Assembly (NCBI GenBank): GCA_950097015.1
Contig: CATNEN010000001.1
Location: forward strand, 6,882,001-6,946,000
Direction of reading: 5' to 3'
From: Macrostomum hystrix
Taxonomy: Eukaryota > Animalia > Platyhelminthes
Length of the DNA: 64,000 nt
Under the pieces are notes generated by a model that saw only the letters and a list, made by a program, of their open reading frames with translations, was not told where the DNA came from and ran no database searches. Position 1 is the stretch's first letter; every line of letters begins with the position of its first letter. Below, one piece after another: positions 53,761 through 64,000 of this stretch. The position numbers were made by a program, and so were the translations under genes.

Positions 53761-54371
53761 ATTTGTTTCAAACCGATGAGATCCAAGTCTAACAGGGGAG
53801 ATCCGTGTGTAAAAAAATTCTATTAGATTATTAACCGGTGAAATAACTGTCTGGATGCGTTACTATCCTGTGGGATAAACTCGTGGGCTACACATCCGAC
53901 AACAAAAAATGGCACATTTTCAAAAGAAAATTTCAGAGAAACCTATTAACGCATTATTATTGTTGAAAACAAAATTTAGAAGCTAAAAGTCAGGACTTTT
54001 TTACTTTTGTCTGTTCGTTCAGGTTTCAAATGACTGAATTAAATTGTCTCATAAATGTCAATCATAAATCATCATTTTATCTTATCTTTATATCCAAATC
54101 TCTTTGATGGCACCTTTGTGTGGGTCTAATTTATGAATCGATTGAATCCGTTTATTGATCATTAAGCGTTTAATTCTAAGTGTTTAAAATGCGCGATCAG
54201 GTTTCAAAATGTAACACGACACACCGCCAAACCACTAGCGACTGCTAGTTCTATAAAAGCATACGCCTGTGTATAGCTCATCAAATTGGTTTCCTTCTCT
54301 TTGATTTCTAAACAGGACAGAACTATACAATATTAGTTCGATTCACAAATTAATTCAACAATTTAAACACC

Positions 54372-56816
54372 ATGTTTCGGCTTTTCACTTATGCAAATCG
54401 GCTCATGTTGACTATGCTGGTCATGCTGACGGGTGAGCATTGTGTTCCTCTAACTGCTTTAGTGTGCATCGATTTTAGTCCTTAGAAAGTGGGGTTGAAA
54501 GTCAGGGGTTCGATTCCCGAATCCACTGGAAAAATGTGTGTCCTTTAGCAGACACTTAACTGTATATTGCTTCAGTTCACCCATCTGTTAAATAAATTAT
54601 CAGCATCAGCTGGGGTAATTGAGGGTGGGTGTGGGGTCCCCCCAGTCCATGGACTGAACAGCCGTACGCAGCCTTCAGATGCGCCGCGCAAAAGCTGCGG
54701 CTGTGCTGTCGGCTGCACACCTGACCTGATCGGGGCGGGCGTAATTTGAAAAGAGCTTTCGATCACAGAATCATGAATGAACAGAAATAACACACTATAA
54801 CAAATAACAAGAAATAACACACTATAACAAATAACAAGAAATAACTAATTATAACAGCACCTGTCAGATAAGAACAGCACCTGTCAGATAAGAACAGCAC
54901 CTGCTAGATAATAACAGCACCTGTTAGATAAGAACAGCACCTGTCAGATAAGAACAGAACCTGTCAGATAAGAACAGCACCTGTTAGATAAGAACAGCAC
55001 CTGTTAGATAAGAACAGTACCTGTTAGATAAGAACAGCACCTGTCAGATAAGAACAGCACCTGTTAGATAAGAACAGTACCTGTTAGATAATAACAGCAC
55101 CTGTTAGATAAGAACAGCACCTGTTAGATAATAACAGTACCTGTTAGATAAGAACAGCACCTATCAGATAATAACAGCACCTGTTAGATAAGAACAGCAC
55201 CTGTCAGATAATAACAGTACCTGTTAGATAAGAACAGCACCTGTCAGATAATAACAGCACCTGTTAGATAAGAACAGCACCTGTCAGATAAGAGCAGCAC
55301 CTGTTAGATATAGAACAGCACCTGTTAGGTAATAACAGTACCTGTCAGATAAGAGCAGCACCTGTTAGATAAGAACAGCACCTGTTAGATGTAAGAGCAG
55401 CACCTGTTAGATAAGAACAGTACCTGTTAGATAAGAGCAGCACCTGTTAGATATATGTAATCTCACTTTCGTTCATTTCAGTTTCGGAGGCCGACATCAA
55501 CTGCTGGTCGCGCACAATTTCCTCCCATTCTGGCAACGGCACCAGCGCCAGCTGCACTGGGACTTCAGCCTGCTATTCCTACACTTTGGATATGGTTTTC
55601 TTATTTTGTTCAACTATTTTTGTTGAAATATTTTCATATCGCTACTTTAAGTAGAGGATTTTGCTTATTCCTAAAATCTAATTACAGGTAAATTTAGCAG
55701 GCTGTGGCAGTTGCAGCGGACTGCCAAACACCTTTGCCGACTGTTTTGTCTGCAGCTCACCATTTTGTAACACCTTGACTCCGTCCGTGATTTCCTGCTA
55801 CTTTCGTTCATCATCCACTGCTGCCGGAAGCAATGGCAGTCTAATTGCCTGCGCCACTGGTGTGAACAGCTGCTACGCCTACTCAGCAGGCTCTGTGAGT
55901 GGCCTTTGATAGCATCTACCTGTAGTTGGGCAAACTGATGGATCCAGCATCTGAACATATTTACTCAACACCTGAACTCTTGTGTCTAACACCTGAACTC
56001 TCATGTCTAACACCTGAACTTTTGTGTCTAACACCTGAACTCTTATGTCTAACACCTGAACTTTTGTGTCTAACACCTGAACTCTCATGTCTAACACCTG
56101 AACTCCGTTTTCTTGACCGTCCCAGATTCAATACGCCGGCTGCGGTGTATGTAACGCCAACACCAGCTCTGACTGTGTTGTCTGCGGAGGCGCCAACGGC
56201 TGCAACACGATTGGGCCGTCCAACATCAGCTGCTTCTATCGCAACTCGGTCAATCCGTTGTCGAGTGGTAGCGCCGATGCTAACGGCACGTTGATCGCCT
56301 GCGGTAGAGGCGTGCTGTCCTGCTACAACTATAGCACTGGATCGGTGAGTGACAGATGATTGGCTGCATGGTTGCGAACACAGAGCTTCCTTAAACTTTA
56401 TTTAAGCACGCATATGCTTGAACTAAAATATAGAGAATTTATACAGTTTTCTAAGAAAAAAACTTTTTGAAAATATGTTTTACGATACGGAAGTTAACAG
56501 TTTTTTTCTTCAAGTGGTGCTAGTTAGAATTTCCAATCTGCCCAGTGTATTTTCGGACAGCCAGTCAATATTGGTAAATTTGCTGTTTATCGCAATAACA
56601 AAACTTGTACAGTTCAGCTACGCTGGTTGCGGCTCGTGCACTCCCGCGATGACGCAACAGTTCGGCTGCGTCACCTGCGACTCCAATAGTCGATGCAACT
56701 TTGTTGACGTAGACGGGTTTTTGCCGAAATCAAAATCATCGCCAACAGTTTTAAAGCCGTTTCGTTGGCCCGTGATTGGCTGCATTCTAATTATTGGTTT
56801 TGTTATAACAGGCTAA
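54372..56816 (+). CDS. Secreted/membrane-anchored Cys-rich protein with two Ly6/three-finger-like modules (~198 aa), 4 exons
   Basis: Exons 54372-54432, 55482-55594, 56126-56344 and 56613-56816, phase-consistent. Signal-like N-terminus, two 8-Cys modules (C...CY....YAGCG.C...CV.C....CN), hydrophobic C-terminus. Exon-2 donor GTTTTC is weak. Confidence 0.75.
54490..54750 (+). mobile_element. SINE family B with a CORE-like central domain
   Basis: B box GGTTCGATTCCCG; TGTGTCCTTTAGCAGACACTTAAC...CTTCAGTTCACCCATCTGTTAAAT; 3' part nearly identical to 58180-58320. Confidence 0.82.
54850..55455. repeat. 20-bp intronic minisatellite (AACAGCACCTGTTAGATAAG)
   Basis: About 30 units. Confidence 0.95.
55965..56105. 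repeat. 21-bp intronic minisatellite (TCTAACACCTGAACTCTCATG)
   Basis: About 7 units ending 20 nt before the acceptor at 56125. Confidence 0.92.
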
Positions 56817-57681
56817 ATAAAGGGTGATATGCTCAAACAAAAATAAAAAGGACCTACGTTTATTGAGAAATATCTAATGTAAATGCTAAAAATGTATATT
56901 CAGAAGATAATACAATTTAATATTGATATAATTAATTTTTTAATATACGTCGTTTTCACTTTAAAAGTTCCATATGCAATTAAAAGTTTTTTTGTTTTTG
57001 TTATTCTGTTTTTATTATCTATTTAAATAAAAATACGAATTTAATATATAATGTATAACAAGAAACATCATTCAATTTGTTAGTTTTTGCTATTTTTATG
57101 CGATTCGAATAAAATTTTATCTGTTTGAAAGTTTTCAAGCAGTTTTTGTTCACTAAAAGTTCACATTGAAAGTCTACCACTCTACCTGAATGTACTCGAA
57201 CTACACTAAAGCACAGCGAAAGTACACTTGCCTGTATGTAGTTTAAGCGCAATCATTTATATTCTCTTGTTATAGTTCTTTTTAATTTTCATTCTAACAT
57301 TTTTCTAAATATACCATATTTCTACTATAAGTAGTTTGTTGATAAAAGCTGTTTGTTGGTTGTAAAACAGTAGTCTAAAACATTTTCTGTTTCACCTTAC
57401 GATTAAATTTTGAACTGAGTTTAAGACATTGTCACCTGTTAGACAGTGCCATCACACACTGGAATCAGTGTTCACCTGTTATACAGTGATAAAATCGTAA
57501 CCACAATGTCCACAGCCAATCAGACGAGATTTGAAACTCGAAGTGGAGAAATTGCGAATTTCGAGACCTTTTCAATTTCGGCCAATCAGGAATACAAACT
57601 GACTGTTAAGTTTTTTGCGAAAATTTAGGATAAAGCCAAGTTTTTTGAGCATATTGTCATCTAAAAAACGACCAAGAAACA

Positions 57682-58912
57682 ATGCAAAATCAGCCAAAAA
57701 AATCCACCGATTTTCAAGGTAATTTCGACTTCGATCCGGAGCAAAGCTTTGATGCGACGGCTCAACAATCGTTGAGCACAGTTGATAGGATAGAAACACA
57801 GCCGGATGAAGAGGTAATGGGACTGTGAATGTACACCAGTTTTCAATCGCTTATCCTGACGCACACAAACAGGTTTGTGAGAATCCAGACGAATGTGTCA
57901 CGACAGCGTTTCACGTTTCCAGTGGCAGAACGGTCTAACGCGTTTGCCTCTCGCACCAGGGTCCCTGAGCTCGATTCCGCGGCGAGACCAAATTCATTTC
58001 GGGTCCCTGACGCTGAGAAAAAGGCTTTGTGGCTTGTCGTGCAACTTACCCCCTTGACGGCAAGCCTCCAAGGCACAGTGAGAGTGGTTAGATCGTCGGA
58101 CTCACGATTCAAAGGTCGGGGGTTCGATTCCCGACTCCACTGGAACAATTTGTGTCCAATAGGGTAAATGGGTACCAGCATTAGCTGGGGTAATTGAGGG
58201 TGGGTGTGGCGTCCCCCACAGTCCATGGACTGGACAGCAGTACACAGCCTTCAGATGCGCCGCGCAATAGCTGCGGCTGTGCTGTCGGCTGCACATCTGA
58301 CCCAATTGGGGCAGGTGAAATTTATTATTATTACAGTGGGAGTATACACTGCTTGACGAGCAAAAAGTCAGAAAGTCAGCGGAATGGGCGGAACTGTCCC
58401 CACTCTGGCTGCGGGTCTACATTCGCCAAATGAAATGCCATTGCCCGCAGCCCTCATTCAGTTCTTTTCAGTTCAACCAGCTGTAAATTTAGATGGCTGC
58501 GACGGCTTTCCGAGTCCATGGACTGAACAGCGGTACGCAGCCTTTGGATGCGCCGTGCAATAGCTGCGGCTGTGCCACTGGCTGTGCAGGTGTCATTTCC
58601 GTTCTCTCTATCTGGCGCAAACGAGAGTTTTGTTTTACCTAATTAAAGTGTTTAATAAATTTTGACGAAATAGTTTTCATATAGTCTTTGTTACCCTTTT
58701 CCAGCAGCATTCACTTCTGAACTTCGAAATTGCTTCTGACATCAAACTAGAACTTGATGACGCCACTGGTGAGACCGCCTCAGCGCTAACTAGCCTGACA
58801 ACCCAGGAAGCCGATGACAATCGTCTGGTCACTCCTGTGCAAGCGCAAAGTCCGTCAATGTTGAGCTGTGAAATTGTCAACATCGGAGACGATCCACAGG
58901 ACGTGTTGCTGC
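57682..58912 (+). CDS. Putative first two exons of an uncharacterised acidic protein
   Basis: Exon 57682-57813 (MQNQPKKSTDF...QPDEE|GTAATG) joins in phase 0 to 58705-58912 (CCTTTTCCAG|QHSLLNFEIASDIKLELDD...DVLL|GTGAGT). Downstream exons not identified. Confidence 0.5.
57921..58595 (+). mobile_element. SINE A interrupted by SINE B (~58085-58332), followed by an older SINE B tail
   Basis: Duplicated target ACAGTGAGAGT / ACAGTGGGAGT flanks the B copy, which ends in (TTA)n. A sequence resumes as ATACACTGC. Confidence 0.82.
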
Positions 58913-58999
58913 GTGAGTTAACGCCTATGCTAGATTTTATTGTCACCTGTTATAGTGGAACGCTACCTGTAAGTCGAGGTAGTGTTGGTCATCAGTGTC

Positions 59000-59580
59000 A
59001 CCTGTTGGTCATTATTGTAAACTGTTAGTCATCGGTGTCACCTGTTGGTCATTTGTGTCACCTGTTAATCGTTAGTGTCACCTGTAACTCGCTAGTGTCA
59101 CCTGTTACTCGTGAGTGTCACCTGTTACTCGTTAGTGTCACCTGTAACTCGCTAGTGTCACCTGTTACTCGTTAGTGTCACCTGTTACACTGTAGTGTCA
59201 CCTGTTACACTCTAGTGTCACCTGTTACTCGTTAGTGTCACCTGTTACTCGTTAGTGTCACCTGTTACACTGTAGTGTCACCTGTTACACTGTAGTGTAC
59301 CTGTTACTCTGTAATGTCACCTGTTACTCTGTAGTGTCACCTGTTATACACTGTAGTGTCACCTGTTATACACTGTAGTGTCAGCTGTTACTCTGTAGTG
59401 TCACCTGTTACTCGTTAGTGACACCTGTTACACTGTAGTGTCACCTGTTACTCGTTAGTGTCACCTGTTACACTGTAGTGTCACCTGTTACACTGTAGTG
59501 TCACCTGTTACACTGTAGTGTTACCTGTTACTCTGTAGTGTCACCTGTTACTCTGTAGTGTCACCTGTTACTCTGTAGTT
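59000..59580. repeat. 20-bp minisatellite (TAGTGTCACCTGTTACTCTG)
   Basis: About 28 units. Confidence 0.95.
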
Positions 59581-60039
59581 TCAGCATTATGTCCCATTTT
59601 TCTACTGTGCTTTTTTTCCGCAAAAAAAATCCCTTAAGCCCAGGTGTTCAAAGACAATTTCCAAATATTGGCCCACCCAGGTTTCTGGCCTCGCATGAAG
59701 CATTCTTTTCCAACAATCGATCCCACGTAATAGCCTTTAATCAGATTTTTGCTTCAGTTTTGCTGCAGCAATTTCATCAGTTCTTATTTGAATGTCTCTC
59801 TTTTAATTTTGCATCTTCACCCATTAAAAGCGTGCTTGCAGGCAGAAATTTTGTTGCGACCCAGGTGCTGTGTTGGAAGTCGATGTCTATATTTTCCGCG
59901 TTGCTTCAGCAATTACTGGCCAATTTTCGCCATTAATTGATTTTTTTACAAAAAACGTCGACAGCTAATTTTGGAATGGGTTGACTAGAGCTTTTGGAAG
60001 CTGTTTTATGAGTAGATGAATAGCCGGCGGGACAAAGCT

Positions 60040-60222
60040 TGGAGGCTTGTTGTGCAATGAGGGCCAACCTCCAAGGCACAATGCGAGTGTACACTGCCCT
60101 GATGATGAGAAAGTCGGGCCAGATGTACACACCTGAGTGAGCTTGTGACTTGAAGGTCGGGGGTTCGATTCCCAAGACATTTAACTCTGCATTGCTCAGC
60201 TGTTAAATGGGTACCATCATTA
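60040..60222 (+). mobile_element. Fused SINE A and SINE B fragments
   Basis: GAGGGCCAACCTCCAAGGCACA (A) followed by GGTCGGGGGTTCGATTCCC...TAAATGGGTACCA (B). Confidence 0.7.
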
Positions 60223-63200
60223 GTTAGTTAGAAGTTCCTGGTCTGGCGGGTCCGGGGGTCGGGTCAGCGACCCTATCGCCTCGAGATAGGACAGGACACG
60301 GGGGCCGTCGTCGGAGAGGATGGCCAGCGTCGGGTTAGGGCCGAGTCTGGGCGTGGGCTGGACATTCCAGCATCACATGCTGCAGGTCCTCCTCCTGGTG
60401 TCCGCAGTGCCCGCAGGACGCTGGCTGTTCTTGGTCGATGCGGTGGCGGTACTGAGCCAGCAGAGGCGAGTGGCCCGTGCGAAGTTGCGCTAGCGTGATC
60501 AGCTCGCGTCTGCTGAGAGTCGTCTCGGATCTGTGGTGGTCGCGGAAGGCAGCGCGGTGCGTCCGGCAGTGCGGGTCCGCTTCGTAGGCTGCGCGAGCCT
60601 CGGCGGCCAGTGTGCGGCGGATCGCGGACTTTAAGTCGATTTCCGCTTGGTCTTGCGGGAGTCTAGCGGCGTCTTTTGCGAGGTTGTCCGCCAGATCGTT
60701 GCGCCGCAGGTCAGTGTCCTGGGACCCATTGAATAGTCACGTGGTGGTCCGCGGGGACTTTGAGGAGGAGGCGCCAGATGTCCCGGCAGCAGGGGGACAG
60801 GTGAGAGTGCGGGCCTTGTTCGAGCGATCGGATGAGGGCCTGCGAATCAGTGGCGCAACGCAGTTCTGCCGTACCGGGCCATGGGACGCGCTCCAGGGCT
60901 GCGCGGAGACCAGTGCGGAGGGCACACTCCTCCGCCCTAAAAGAAGAGCTGAAAGCGCCCGCTGGAGCAGTCAGGTAGACTGGCGCGGCTCCGCGGATCA
61001 ACAGGGCCACCGGATCCGCCTCTAGTGATACCTCCGGAGGCCGAGCCGTCGGTCCAGAGTTCCAAGGCGGGTTCCGGAAGCCGGTCCAGCGTCTCCAGTG
61101 CAGCTTGGCGTTTGGCGTGCGGGGGATCCTCCCGGTTGGTCGGTTTGACGAGCTCCGCTGCGAAGTGGATCCTGTCTTTAGGCGATAGGGGAGGCGGTGG
61201 CACGCTGTCAGGTTCGCGCTTGGATCCCGCGAGGCCAGCGCGGGCGATCAAGCCGTTGGCCTCCGTCCTCCAGTTGCGTCTGAAATCGCCGTGGTTGCCG
61301 TGAGTGCGAATTCTCGGTTGAACGTCGAGTTCGGCCAGTGTTCTGAGCGGTGTCTGTTGTCTTTGTCGCCGGGTTTTCTCCATCAGCGTAGCGGCAGCGG
61401 CCGTAGCCGAGGTGTTAAGTGGAGTCAGTCCGGCCTCTTTCAGGAGCGATAACGCACGCTGCGGCGAGGTGTTGGGTCTCAACTTCCCGGCGGCAGGCGT
61501 CGGACGCGAAGCTCATTCAAAAGGAGGCGCCGTGCAGGACCGCCGCTTCCGCGTAGGTGCGGTAAAGCTGTCTGAGGGATCTCGGGTCGCGCCCCCAGTC
61601 TCGACCAGCAAGGCACCTCAGGACGCCTTCTGCAGGTTGCGCTTTTGGGCCGTCGCGTGGGGGCGGAATGTGAGCTGTGAATCGAGGTCAGCAGCTTGGG
61701 GTGTTCCTCGAATGGGGCTGGCGTGTCTCCGAGTCTGATATTCGGTCTCGCCTTGCCGTTTGTCTCACGTGGGTCGAGGGAGAAGTAGGTGACGACTGTT
61801 TTGGATTTGTTCAGGTCAACTTTCCAAGTCGTGCACCACTCGACGAGCCAGTCCGCCGCGCTTTGCAGTCTTGCTTCACAGGTCTTCAGACTCGTACCTT
61901 GTGCGCCAAAGGTCGCATCGTCGGCGTACGCCAGAGAGAAAATGTCCTCCAGCAGGTCGTCGACGAACACCGTCCACAGAGTCGGGGCGATGTCGGAGCC
62001 TTGGGGGAGGCCCTCAGGGAAGAGGCGTTGGGGGCTCTGGTTGCCGTCCCAGGTCACGATGGCAAGTCGATCGGAGATATACGAGTGAATCCAGCGGCGA
62101 GTGCCGGTCGGAACTTTCTTACGGCGTAGCTTAGCGATGAGGGCCTGTCGCCACATGCGCTCGTAGGCACGCGAGAAGTCCCCAAACAGCATCGCTGCAC
62201 GGTTTGCTGTTTTTTTCTTCTGGAAGCCGTCGAAGACGTACTGGGATGCCGCGGCGATCTGCTCTTCGGTGGAGCGACCGCGGCGGAAGCCGGCCTGGGC
62301 CGGGTGGATGAGGTTCTCGGACTCCAGGTAGTGCGTGAGACGTTCGTTAACCAGACGTTCCGCGACTTACGCCGTGCAGGAAAGGAGGCAGATGGGCGGT
62401 AGCTGGAGGTCGCGTCCGGGCTTTTCCCCGGCTTGTGGATCGGCCTGATGTCACCGATTTTCCAGGCTGCGCAACACTGACCGTTACGCCATGAAAGGTT
62501 CATGGTGAAGAGGAGGAGCTCGATCCCTTTTGGCGGCAGATTCTTCAGCATCAGGTTGGATATCCCGTCTAGCCCTGGGGCGGACCGGCTCGGGATGGCG
62601 CGGAAGGCTCGGGTGAGCGCCTCTAGGTCGAAGTCAGCACACATTCCCAGGCGTTGTCCGTTGCACGCACAGGGCTCATTAAGGGCTCTCTTGGCCTCAA
62701 GTTTGACTTTGTGGTCCCGCATTTTGTCTTTAGGAAGTTGCGCGACCGTCGCGTACTCTCTACAGAAAAGGTTGGCCTTCTGTGAATTCGTGGTGGCGCA
62801 GATGGCAGCGGATGGTCTGGCCGCCGGTGTCCGCCCGTCGAGAACTCGGATTATTCTCCAGATCGCGGCCGAGTCCAGTTTATTGTAGTTGTCGGATATG
62901 AATTCTTGCCAGAGTGCCTCCTTGGCCCTACGGATGGACGCGGTGGCGAATGCACCCGCGGCTTGATACGCCACGGCGAGCTCGTCGTTGTCAGGGTCTG
63001 CGCGGAGAGCTTCGAGGGCCTGACGTCTGGCGGTGCACGCGGTTTCGGCCTCTGGGCTCCACCATGCCACTGGGGCTCGGCGCGAGCCCTGCGGAATAGC
63101 TCCGCGAGAGGCTGTACGGATGGCGTGGTTCAGTTTGGCTGTTGCTCCAGCGACCGAGCGGGTGGGCGGTGCTGCCAATGCTTGAGTTCTTCGGTGATGA

Positions 63201-64000
63201 GCTCGCGGAAAAGGGTCCAGTCTGCCTTATGGTAGGCGAGGCGGGTCACCCGTTTCCGCTTTGGGGGTCTCTTGGAGCTGTTTCGAATCTCGATAACAAT
63301 GGGGAGATGGTCGGATCCAATGTGTGCCTCCGTCTCCCAGGTCATCCGGTCTTGCCAGTTGGCCGGAGCGAAGGTCACGTCCGGGGCGCTGGTCACGCCT
63401 CTAGGGCTGATTCTGGTGAAGGAGCCATCGTTAAGCGCGACGTAGTCGAACGTCGTGACCCAGTTTTCGAAGTCGGTCGCCAGGGAGTCGTCGGTCTCGC
63501 AGCTCTCGTCCCATATCCCGTGGTGCGCGTTAATGTCGCCGAGGATGACGGTGTCGGGGCCGGATGGGAGCCAGTCTGGTTCGAACTCGCTGACCCGTCC
63601 GTCTCCTGCACGGACCGGTGGGATGTAGATGTTAATGATCTAGAGTGGGCGGCCGATACGCGGGTCGTAAATTGTGACCGCGGAGGCTTCCGTGGCCGAG
63701 TTGATAGCCTTGGGGGGTGGAATCTGGAGCTCGGAGAAGTCGATGCCTTCTTTGATCAAGCAGCAGGCTCCGACGTGCGGCGTCTCTGCCGGCTCGCCAG
63801 CGCGTCGGTCCCTGCGGGCGGGAATTTGCCAGCCCGGCAGTCTTGGGAGGGACACGGTCGCCGCTAGTTTCGTCTCCTAAATACAGGCGACGTCGATGGG
63901 CTTGGCCTCGAGGAAGTGGAGTTCGAGCTTACGGGCGTGGAGGCCGGCGGCGTTAAGTTGTAAAATGCGGAAGCTGTCGCCGGGACCATTCTGGTTACAC
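60220..64000 (-). mobile_element. Non-LTR retrotransposon of the I group (Ingi/Nimb-like): APE-RT-RNase H, frameshifted, continues beyond the window
   Basis: - strand: FRILQLNAAGL and GSDHLPI (APE); SAPGLDGI, DFSRAYE, GLPQGS, AYADD (RT); WTDGS, ATDSQA, IQWVPGH (RNase H); LAQLRTGH and a C..C....H....C knuckle; (TAAC)n tail. Confidence 0.92.

Noticed and set aside
59589-59940. Possible third exon after the 59000 array (TTTCAG at ~59584)
   Set aside because: The in-phase reading stops after ~18 codons and no coding signature is evident.
60085-60132. CTGATGA...GAAA suggesting a hammerhead ribozyme in SINE A
   Set aside because: No stem II between the motifs, no convincing stem III or cleavage triplet, and the motif is not conserved in other copies.

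Overview
Eukaryotic (animal) genomic DNA with GT-AG introns, rich in minisatellites and transposons. The style resembles a free-living flatworm such as Macrostomum; this is inference, not a database result. Genes I could assemble exon by exon: VKORC1-like (+, 3 exons), a divergent bestrophin (-, 6 exons), MAPKAPK2/3-like kinase (+, 6 exons), eIF3m (+, 4 exons), CCDC12/Cwf18 (+, 1 coding exon) and a two-module Cys-rich Ly6/three-finger-like surface protein (+, 4 exons), plus a few weaker orphan candidates. Mobile DNA: a small LTR element with a tRNA-Leu-type PBS, a Helitron inserted in one of its LTRs and a hAT MITE inside that Helitron; several other MITEs; mariner and IS630/Tc1 derelicts; a Crypton/DUF3504 fragment; two tRNA-derived SINE families nested in each other; and an RNase H-bearing LINE. 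About 20 minisatellites account for most long ORFs in the track. The most notable observations are: (i) intronic arrays built from the intron's own splice signals, most clearly in VKOR, where the acceptor itself is the repeat unit; (ii) a ~0.7 kb minisatellite that reads as a near-continuous heat-shock-element lattice upstream of CCDC12; (iii) repeat periods clustering at 20-21 and 30-33 bp; (iv) a tandem TRIM-like LTR element.
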